A model generated the notes under the pieces. It worked only from the letters and a program-made list of their open reading frames with translations. It made no database searches and was not told where the DNA came from. Below, piece by piece: positions 9,611 to 22,095 of a stretch of 22,095 nt of DNA. Origin of the DNA: Fonticula alba ATCC 38817 (taxonomy: Eukaryota > Protista > Nucleariida); NCBI GenBank assembly GCA_000388065.2, contig KB932203.1. One strand, given 5' to 3'. A program made the translations under genes and the position numbers. Every line of letters begins with the position of its first letter. The stretch's first letter is position 1.

Positions 9611-12600
9611 CACCGCCCTCTGCCTTCCTCCCCCGAAGCCCGCTAATATCCCCCCTCTCAGCCTTCCTCCACAGCTCCAAGCCCCCAATCCTCCATCGAG
9701 ACCTCAAGAGCCCCAATATCCTGGTTGACAAGGAGTTCCGCCTGAAGGTGGCGGATTTCGGCCTCACCGTTCTCAAGAACACGGACAGTGCGCTTCTCTC
9801 GACCTCCTGTCCTTGTCATGCTCCCCGCCTCTCCCTTGCCCAACCACACGCTTACCTCCCNNNNNNNNNNNNNNNNNNNNNNNNNNNNNNNNNNNNNNNN
9901 NNNNNNNNNNNNNNNNNNNNNNNNNNNNNNNNNNNNNNNNNNNNNNNNNNNNNNNNNNNNNNNNNNNNNNNNNNNNNNNNNNNNNNNNNNNNNNNNNNNN
10001 NNNNNNNNNNNNNNNNNNNNNNNNNNNNNNNNNNNNNNNNNNNNNNNNNNNNNNNNNNNNNNNNNNNNNNNNNNNNNNNNNNNNNNNNNNNNNNNNNNNN
10101 NNNNNNNNNNNNNNNNNNNNNNNNNNNNNNNNNNNNNNNNNNNNNNNNNNNNNNNNNNNNNNNNNNNNNNCCCCCCCCCCCTGCGCACACAGCCGAGGAC
10201 GTCAAGAAGAAGGCTCGCCGGTCCCGGCGTCGGAAGCACTCCGGCCTTCTGGAGCGCTCGATGTCCTACATCAACGGCTTCCGGACCGACATTCGCCGGG
10301 CCTTCACCGAGCCGCCCAGCCAGCACCCGCCGCACTTCTACCAGCAGCATCCTCCCGGCCACGGCCCGCCAGGAGCCCCGGACCCCTCCCACAGCCAGAG
10401 TCGCGTCCGGTCCTTCCTGTCCAGTGCTTCCGGCATGGCCAGCTACTTTGGCCGGTCGCTCGGCCGGCTGACCGCCTACCAGCTTCTGTCGCTGGGTCGT
10501 GTGATCGGCGAGGCGGCCGCCCACCCGGCCGATGGCCATCACGGCGGCTACCAGAGCGATCCGTACCTGTCGGACTTCGACGAGTCGGACACCGGCGCCG
10601 GAGCCCGACGCGACTATGCCTGGGCATCGCACGTTGCCCACTCGCTCGGGGGCCGTATCACCCGCCTGGGCCGGTCCCTCAGCATGTCGCTCGGTGATGC
10701 GGCCCAGGCGGATGACAGCCTGGCCGGCGGCGGCACCCGCTTCCACACCACCGGCAATGCGCACTTCTCCGACGACTTCTATGGCGACGACGAGGACGAC
10801 TATGACAGTGACTACGATGATGACGGCCTGATGTCCGACAACCAGCCCATGTTCCAGGGCACGGTGCGTGCTCGGTCCTTTCCCCCTCCTCCTCTCGCCC
10901 CCATGTGCCTTCGCCCACCATTAACCATCTGCTTTCTCTCTTGCTCTCTTCCTCTCTTTCTCTCTTGCTCTCTTCCTCTCTTCCTCTCTTGCNNNNNNNN
11001 NNNNNNNNNNNNNNNNNNNNNNNNNNNNNNNNNNNNNNNNNNNNNNNCCCCCCCCCCGCTCTCTCCCCGGCACAGCTCTTCTGGACCGCACCCGAGGTCC
11101 TCCAGCAGCACCCTTACACCGAGGCTTGCGATGTCTACTCCTTCGCCATCATCTGCTGGGAGGTGATGACGCGCGAGCAGCTGTACCCCGACCAGCACCC
11201 GATGTCGGTCGGCTACCGGGTCCTGATGGAGGACATGCGGCCACCCATCCCGGAAGCCTTCCCCGAGCACCTGGCCAGCACCATCACCACCTGCTGGTCC
11301 AAGGACCCGGAGGAGCGCACCCCCTTCAAGGACCTGCTGCCGATGTTCGAGAACCTGGCCTCGCCGCATCTCAGCGACTTCATCAACCGGCTGGGGGAGT
11401 TCCGCGCGCTCAATCGCTTTGACGATGGCCATGTGGACTTGTCGGCCCTGCTGGACAGCATTTCCCCGGAGATCGCCCCGCCGGATGGCGACCGGGTGGT
11501 CTTCACCCACACGGATGTCGAGCGCTGGACGCACATGTGGAATTGCAGCCCCACGGCCATGGCCAGCGCCATGCGCGGGTATCATCTGCTCCTGCGGCAG
11601 CTCCTGCGCGGGTCCGGCGGCTTCGAGGTGTCCATCGACGGGCGCATTTGCGTGGCCGCCTTCCGCGACGTGTCGAAGGCCGTGTACTTCGGCCTGAAGC
11701 TGCAGCACATGCTGCTGGAGCATCAGTGGCCGGCGGAAATCGAGGACCTCTGCCCGCGCGTGGTGGCCCCGGGCCCCAATGGCCGGGTGCTCTTCGCCGG
11801 GTTCCGCACCCGCATGGCCATCCACATCGGCAAGCCGACCCTCGGCTCGCACCCGATCACCCACCGGGTCACATACACCGGGCCCACCCTCAACCATGTG
11901 TACATGCTGTCCTCCACGGCCAAGGGCGGGCAGATTCTCCTGTCGCGCGAGGCGTCGCGCCAATTCCAGGAGGTCCTCGATGCCTCGGAGTGGCCCTTCG
12001 CCGATATCACCCCCAAGTTGGAGTACGCCGGCGAGGTGAAGCTGCACAAGGAATTCTTCGAGTGCATGCACGTGGTGTCGGATGCCCTGCGCGAGCGGGT
12101 CTTCGACAACCGGGCCGACGCGGTCCTCAGCGGCGGCGGCGTCAGCGGCGTCAGCAGCACCCCCAGCTCCAGTGGCGGGGCCCTCAGTGGCGGCAGCGGC
12201 GGCGGCGGCGGCGGCGGCGACGACAGCGAGATGTCGGTCTTCGGCTCGTACATGGAGAGCCACCGGTGGCACATCCCCCCGGGGGAGATCGAATTCGACC
12301 AGCCCTCCAGCAGTGTCCTCATGAGCCAGTCGTCGGGCAACTTGCTGGACCTGCCCTCGACCGCGTCGGCGGCCCCCTCGCGCACGTCGCGCATTGCCTA
12401 CTGCTCCGAGGGCGAGGTCTTCCGCGGGACCTGGCGCAATATGCCGATCGCGGCCAAGCGCCTGGAGCTCCGGCGCATCCGCTCCGGCGCGCCCTTCTCC
12501 AGCATCGCCCACTCGGTGTCCAGCAGCCCGAGCTCCTCCTTCCCGGACTCGGCCTCGCATCCGACCATGCGTCGTCGGGCCGGTGCCGCGCTCGGCACCC

Positions 12601-15354
12601 GCGCCGCGCACCATGCCCTGCTGGAGCTGTCCACCGAGCTGTCCACCGTCCTGTCGCTGCGCCATCCGAATCTCCTGCTATACATGGGGGCTGGCGCCGA
12701 TGATCGCCACATCTACCTGGTGTCGGAGCTGATGGAGCGCGGCAACCTGCTGGACCTCATTCGGCGCAATGTCAAGTGCGTCCTGTGTTCTTCCCGCTTC
12801 CCTTGTCCCTCCCTTCGGGCCTCCTTCCGCCATCCTCCCGTGGTCTCTCTCTCTCTCTACGTCGCTCTGACCATCATGTTCCTCGCTCTTCCTCGCTCTT
12901 CCTCGCTCTTCCTCGCTCTTCCTCGCTCTTCCTCGCTCTTCCTCNNNNNNNNNNNNNNNNNNNNNNNNNNNNNNNNNNNNNNNNNNNNNNNNNNNNNNNN
13001 NNNNNNNNNNNNNNNNNNNNNNNNNNCTCTTCCTCCTTCTCCCTCTCCCTCTCCCTCTCCCTCTTCTCCCCATGGCGCCACCACACCCTAGCCTCGAGAT
13101 GGGCTTCCGCCTGCGCATCATCCTCGACGTGGCCAACGCCTTCAACTATCTTCACCAGTTCCAGCCGTCCATTGTCCACGGTCGCTTCAAGACCCCCAAC
13201 GTCCTGATCGGCAACTCGTGGCAAATCAAGATCTCCGGTTACGGCATGGACCGGATCTTCGGTCGGCCGGACTCCGTGTCGGTGGTGGACTACTGGGCCT
13301 CGCCGGAGGTCCTGCGCGGGTCCCCGGCCGATGTCAAGAGCGATGTCTTCTCCTTCGGCTTGATGATGTTCGAGGCGCTGACCATGAGCCAGGCCTTCAT
13401 CGACCAGCGCAAGGACATCAAGTGGATCAATGATGTGGTGGAGAACAACCTCCGCCCGGTGATTCCCTCGACGCTGGCCCCCTTCGAGCGCCTGCTGACC
13501 GAGTGCTGGCACCGGGACCCGGAGCTTCGCCCCTCCTTCGTCCAGATTACTCGCAGCTTGCGGACCATCTGCGACCAGCAGGAGGCCCGGGCGCCGAATG
13601 GGCGCCGGGCCGTGGTCGACCGGCCGTCCTTCGGCGGGGACCTGTCCCCGGGGGCCGGACCCCTGGGGGCCTTCCCCGAGGCACGCACCAGTGCCGGTGG
13701 CCAGCTTTCCCATCAGCAGCACCCGCATGGCGGCCCGTCGCAGCGCCAGCGCCCGAGCCTGCCCGTGCCCCCGGGCCGGCAGTCTTCCCGCACCGGCGGT
13801 GGTGCCCATGGGCCGCGGTCCCCCTCGGCCGGGCCGCCCAGCCGCACGCCATCCTCCAGTGGCGGGGGGTCGGCCCTTCGCGATCCCCTGGCGGCCGGTT
13901 CTCGGGCCGATGCCGGGCCCGGTGCCCACGAGGCCGCCGGCCCGACAGCAGCCCACCATCCGAAGCGCTCCTCGCGCGATGACACCACCCGGTCCTCCCA
14001 GTCGGACATGCATCACACCCATGTAACCGGGGCCCACCTGTACCACCAGCTCCTGAGCCGCACCCGCTCGGCCAACCTCACCCGGACCAACAGCATGCCG
14101 AACATCTACCGGCCGGGTGGCGGGTCGGCCCTCTCCTCGCCGATCCCCTCGCCGGCGGTGCCCTCTTCGCCGGCCGAGCGCAGCCCGGCCCCATCGCCCT
14201 CCCCACCCCCGGAGGCCGCTTCCCTCGCTGCCGGCTCTTCAGACGCGACTCCGGTCCATGGGACGCGCTTTTCCGCGTACCTCGACTCGGATGATGCCCC
14301 CCCGGCGGCGGCGGTCTCGGCGGCGGCGGCGGCGGCGGGGCCGCCCTCCCGGCGCGCCGGCCACACCGCCGCCCACGCCGGCGAGGAGCAGGCCCACGCC
14401 GGCGGGGACAGCCCCGGGCTGTCTTCCCCCCCGGCTGCCAGTGTGTCCCCCCTGCTGGGGCACATGAATCCGGACTTTTCGCTGGAGGCTTCCATGCCCC
14501 CCCTGGCCGGCAGGTCGATCTCCTCCTCCTCCTCCTCCTCCTCTATCTCGGCCTCGGCCTCCCCCAGTCCTTGTGCAGCCACCGCCCCGCCGGCGGTGGG
14601 TTCCGTGGTCGCGAGCGCCGCCGAGCCGCCCGGCCAGCTGCCTGACCCGGCCGCGCCCGCCTCCGCCAGCCCCACCTCCACCACCGCCGGCGGTGGCCGC
14701 TCAGCAGCCCCCCGGATGGTGGTCAACACTGCCGCTCCCGCTGGCAGTGGGCTTGCCCTGCTGCAGGTGGCTGCCTCCGGGCAGAGTGCCGAGGCGGGCG
14801 AGGCGTCCCCCTCGCACGCGCCGGCCCCCAGCCCAGACATGCTGCTCGATGGCCCGGCGGCGTCTGAGGACCCGGTGCCGGGGGCGGCCCCGGCCGGCAC
14901 TCCGTCGCCGACCGCCGCGGCGCCGGCGGCGGCGGCGGCGGTGGCCATGCCGGCCTCCGTGGCCGTGATCGCCCCGGCCAGTCCGCCGCCAGCCGCCCCG
15001 CTGGTCAAGACCGGGCCGACCGGCACCTCCTCCCTGCCGCCCCTCCCTCGGCCCGGGCCCGGGCCCGGGCCCGGGGCCATCGGGGTTCCCAGCATCGCGT
15101 CCTCGGGTGGTGGCCCCGCGCGCCGGGCCCTCTTTGCCGCCCGGCCGCACGTCGCCAGCACCCTCAGCCAGGTGAGCTTCCCATCGGACGAGAGCTCCTG
15201 CGAGAACCTCGGGGTCTATTCCTCGGACCTGCTGGCCTTCGACACGTCTCTCGAGGCGGAGGACCTTCTCCTGTCGTCGGGCTCGCCTCCCGAGGAGAAG
15301 GCGCCGGTCGCGGTCGAGTCGCCCGCCTCCCCGGTGGAGCTGGCCCAGGACTAG
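3245..15354 (+). CDS. Multidomain receptor kinase, ~2,679 aa: signal peptide / solute-binding (PBP2) ectodomain / TM / TKL kinase / cyclase-like / pseudokinase / disordered tail
   Basis: Exons: 3245-3872, 3997-4193 continuing at 6175-6432 (91-bp duplication counted once), 6795-7309, 7691-8988, 9159-9542, 9662-9787, 10193-10863, 11076-12775, 13092-15354 (TAG). All introns are GT..AG with matching phases, and the exon sum is 8040 nt (divisible by 3). Motifs join across junctions: GGWGW-A-ISKD, CCGM-A-FLHS, FQGT-LFWTAPE. The start ATG is uncertain, and N-gaps inside introns could hide small exons. Confidence 0.9.
3338..3406 (+). other. Signal-peptide hydrophobic core of the receptor
   Basis: [23 protein letters not shown] follows an Arg-rich N-region and precedes a polar domain. 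Confidence 0.7.
4411..4990 (-). CDS. HIRA: HIRA/Hir1-like histone chaperone WD40 protein, 5' fragment only (2 exons, then truncated by a gap)
   Basis: Exon 1 is 4990-4600 (GCCGCCATG start) and exon 2 is 4482-4411. The intron runs GTGCGC..CTAAC..TGTAG with matching phase 1. The spliced peptide [30 protein letters not shown] resembles the Hir1/HIRA N-terminus (H...EIY(T/S)VD...DG.R(L/F)ATGG) as recalled. The next intron runs into Ns at 4203. Confidence 0.7.
4742..4801 (-). repeat. Coding (GCT/GCG)n trinucleotide repeat, ~20-residue poly-Ala
   Basis: (GCA)n on + lies in frame within HIRA-like exon 1. Confidence 0.9.
7325..7630 (+). repeat. Intronic CT-rich tandem repeat, unit ~CCACTCTCT with (CT)n variants
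   Basis: Fills most of receptor intron 7310-7690. Confidence 0.9.
8345..8374 (+). repeat. Coding (GGCCCC)5 hexamer encoding a Pro-Ala repeat
   Basis: Seen directly, within an ectodomain insertion. Confidence 0.85.
8889..8960 (+). other. Single transmembrane helix
   Basis: [24 protein letters not shown] (24 uncharged residues), followed by SDRR and then the kinase. Confidence 0.85.
9200..11360 (+). other. Kinase domain 1, TKL-type, catalytic motifs intact
   Basis: [69 protein letters not shown]. Confidence 0.95.
11475..11960 (+). other. Class III adenylyl/guanylyl cyclase-like domain, degenerate
   Basis: [54 protein letters not shown] and AKGGQILLS occur in canonical cyclase order. Confidence 0.85.
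12267..13560 (+). other. Kinase domain 2, predicted pseudokinase
   Basis: [52 protein letters not shown]. The Gly loop, HRD and DFG are replaced. Confidence 0.85.
12881..12944 (+). repeat. Intronic 10-mer tandem repeat (CCTCGCTCTT)n running into an N-gap
   Basis: About six copies before the Ns at 12945. Confidence 0.9.
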
Positions 15355-16229
15355 TGTGTCCGCGCCGCTCGACCATCTGCTTTCCCTTTGTTTCCCCGCC
15401 CTCCAGCCCTTCCTCCTTGTGTCCTTCCCCCCCCCCTTTCCCTCTTTCCTTTCCCCCCCCCCTCTCTCTCTCTCTCGTTTGCTTCCCTGCTGCGTGTGTA
15501 GACACATGCGCACATTGGCATCTGCGGCGCCGACGTGCGTTCGCGCGTGCCACAATATACTCCCCCTTTTCCCTTTCCCTCCACCCGGGGTCTGTTGTTC
15601 TCCTTGCTCCGCCCCTGTTCCGGGCGAGGGGGGGGGGGGGGGGCAAGGGGTTCATCCGGCGCAGGGCAGGGCCGAGCGGGTGCTCTCACATGCGAATCCC
15701 GCGAGGTGGAGCGGGCGGTCGGCAGGAAATACCCAGACAAGCCAAAAGGGCACACGGGCGGACACCGAGAGAGGGGCCACAGCTCCGGCCCGGGGGACGA
15801 AAAAGGTTGGCACCGACTACCAACGCATGCGCCGATGGTTGCGTCCTGCCCGGTGCCCGGTGCTCTCTCCAGCCCCAAGGGGCGTCCCCCTCGGGGCCTC
15901 TGCCTGTGAATATGTGGCCCCGCCCCCCGCCTTCCCCTGGATGCGACCGGCGCCCTGGTGCCGGTCCCGGGCCCGACACGCCCCGAAGCGAGTGGCCCAC
16001 CGCGCCCCGGGGTGTGGGGCAGATCTCTCCCCGGCGCGGCCTTCCGGTTGCCACAGCGAAGAGCCCGCGTCCCCGGGCGACCGAGGATCCCGCGGCCAGC
16101 ATCCGCCCTCCCCCCCGCCCCCTCTCGCCCTCCCCCTGCCCCTCTTTCTCTCCCCCTCCCTGTCTCTCTCTCTCTCTCTCTCTCTCCTTCTCCCTGTCTC
16201 CCTCCCTCTCCCGCTCCAGCCCCTTGCCG

Positions 16230-19832
<3,603 letters not shown>

Positions 19833-20125
19833 GCTCCCGGCGCGCCTCCCCCCCCCCCCCCCCGCCGCCGCCCTCGGCCCTGCCCGATGGATGGTCGGTC
19901 ACCGTGGGGCATATGTGCACAGACAGTTGACGCCGTGCTCCTCCGCCCCCCCCTTCCCTCCCCGACCCCCCGTCCGTGTGCCCGCAATAGAAATGCATGA
20001 GTCTACACGCGCGGCGCCCAGGTCATGTGCCAAAAAAAAACCCGAGAAGAGGGGGGTTGGCCAGGAAGGGGCCTCAAGCTTGCGGCCGCCAGGGGCAAAG
20101 GGGAATGTGTTCATGTTTGCGGGGG

Positions 20126-20161
<36 letters not shown>

Positions 20162-20331
20162 AGAAGATGTGAGGAAGAGGGACCTCGTTCGCCCCTGCCC
20201 TCCCTCGTTCCCCTGCCCCCTGGGCTGGAGGCCTCCTCGCATGAAGGGCAGGAACGGACAGGGCCCAGGGGGGGGGAGAGGGGGCAGCGAAGCACACGAT
20301 GTCGGACGCATCGCAGCGCATGGCCCAGCCC

Positions 20332-22064
20332 TCAGAGGACCGTCAAAAGGGCGAAGGACGCGTAGAACAGGAAGATGGGGTAGAAAACCAGGACCAGCTG
20401 CTCGCGCAGGCCGTAGGCCTTGACGAAGAGCGACGACCCGGCGATGGTACACCAGCTCACCGTCAGCAGGGCCAGGAAGAGGGAAACACCACCCCTGTGC
20501 CGGAGGGAGGGGGACGGGGCACGTGTGTCAGCGGGCGGGAGGAGCAGCAGTCGGGGCAGCCGCCGGCACCTTGTCAACCGGCGGCGCACAGGGCGAAGAG
20601 GAACGCACTGCAAAGTTACCAGGGCCGTGATGAAGGAGAGCCCCACCATCGGCAGGAGCCCGTAGCCCAGGATGGAGGCCGTCTTGGAGACCGAAACGCT
20701 GGGGGGGCGGATTCCGCGCCGAGCCCGGCCGGCCAGTCCCACAGGAGGGCACGAACGGGCGCACCATGCGAAGGCGGCTTGCGCGTCAGAAGAAGCGAAG
20801 GAGGCGGATGGCCACGGAGGAGAGGAGGGGGGGGGGGCGCGCGCGCGCGGAAGCGGGAGGCGGCAGGAGGAAGGACAGGGACGCCACAGGGGAGGCACGG
20901 CCATCGGCCAACGCACGAGATGGTCCCCATGAGGTTGAAGAGCATGCACAGACCAAGACACCCGACGACCGCCACGCCGTAGATGTAGCTGAAGTGGACC
21001 TTGCCACTCTGTGTCGATGAGGTCAGTGACCCGGGGACAAAGGATGCCAGGAAGGGGGGAGTGGGGCAGGGGGAGCGACGGAGGGGCAAGCAGCGCAAGG
21101 GCCCGAGGGCGGGGCGACCGGAGAAGGCAGGGCCCCGAGACCCAGGACAAGGAAGAGGGCGAGGGAGGCACAAGCCCCAGGGACCCACGCACAAACAGCA
21201 AGAAGGCCCCGAGCAGGAGGCAGAAGAGCAGCGGCCCGGCCAGGTCGTCGCCATCCTCATCGGCATCGGCAGCAACTTCGGCCGAGCCACGCAGGGATGA
21301 CAGCTGCTTCGAGGGGTTCAGGACATGGAGGGACTGCGGGATGTTGCATCGGACGAGGGGCAGGCCAGGAACCAGCCAAGTCAGTGGCAGGGCGCGCGCA
21401 CAGGCACAAGCACAAGCACATGGGGCCCGGGCTTTTCCGCGGGCACGCACCTTGGACTTGATCCTTCCGAAGTTGATGCCGAGCTCTGCCGGGGACGCAT
21501 TGCCAGGGGAGGCCCGGGGGGGGGGGGCCGAGCATGTCAGAGCCACAATCGCCATGAGAAGAGGGGAGGAGGATGGAAAAAAAAGAAAAAAGAAGAGGCG
21601 CGGCGCGGGGAAGGACAAGAAAGGCGGGGGCAGGTGAGGAGGGATCTCGGCCCGGGGCCTGGCCGGCAGGGCGCACCCTCCAGCAGCGGCGGCTCGCCCT
21701 CGAAGCCCCCGGTGCCGAAGGCCGCCGAGTAGGAGATGGTGATCGGCCCGGAGCCCGGGAGCTGGCCGCCAATGGCATCGCCGGAGAACATGGCCCCGGG
21801 ATTTTGGCCGGAAGTGGACACCCGGCCGCCGATGTTGGTCGGGAAGCTGTACGCATGGCCGGCCGGCGCGTGCGCTGTTGGCAGCGATCCGCTGGACGCC
21901 GAGCCGATGGACCCCATCGCCGGGCCGGCCGGCATGCCGGGGACGCCGACGCCAAAGTGCCCGGCCGGGGCCTCTCCCCCGGGCGGCATCTCGAGCATCT
22001 CGAAGTTCGGGTGGAACCACGGCTCGCTGGCGGCCTGCGACGGATCGACGCCGGGCTGGGACAT
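20332..22064 (-). CDS. YIP1: Yip1-domain Golgi/ER membrane protein (YIPF5/7, Yip1-like), ~302 aa
   Basis: Exons: 22064-21677, 21485-21451, 21333-21193, 21008-20917, 20698-20609, 20494-20332. The sum is 909 nt and phases match. Motifs: FEGEPPLLEELGINF, DLAGPLLFCL, GKVHFSYIYG, ASILGYGLLPMV, LVFYPIFLFYASFALL. Confidence 0.93.
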
Positions 22065-22095
22065 GGCGTTCTCGGAGGGGGGGAGGGGGGGGGGG

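Noticed and set aside
7325-12944. CRISPR-like arrays
   Set aside because: The repeats are contiguous micro/minisatellites without unique spacers, in a eukaryotic intron context.
10812-14046. Long antisense ORFs (617 aa at 10812-12665 and 390 aa at 12874-14046)
   Set aside because: Shadow frames of the GC3-rich kinase/cyclase exons, with no independent motifs.
15355-16229. Upstream part of the 877-aa ORF and small ORFs between the receptor and TBC genes
   Set aside because: Low-complexity, UTR-like sequence. Coding character begins at the ATG at 16230.

Overview
GC-rich, intron-rich eukaryotic (protist-like) draft scaffold with N-gaps. Most long ORFs in the six-frame track are GC or low-complexity artefacts, so I rebuilt the genes by hand from splice signals and checked every intron phase. 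Four genes are supported. (1) A ~2,680-aa single-pass receptor on + (3245-15354, 9 exons): signal peptide, bacterial-type sugar solute-binding ectodomain, TM helix, intact TKL kinase with a ~230-aa activation-loop insertion, degenerate class III cyclase domain, pseudokinase, long disordered tail. (2) The 5' end of a HIRA/Hir1-like WD40 gene on - (4411-4990), on a 1.87-kb gap-bounded contig that splits exon 2 of the receptor, most likely a scaffolding error. (3) A TBC-domain Rab-GAP on + (16230-19832, 7 exons). (4) A Yip1/YIPF5-like gene on - (20332-22064, 6 exons). Introns almost all start GTGCG(T/C) and hold sense-strand C-rich simple repeats. No gene is recognisable in 1-3244, and I found no rRNA, tRNA, CRISPR or transposase. 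The style resembles draft genomes such as Fonticula alba, but that is only a guess.
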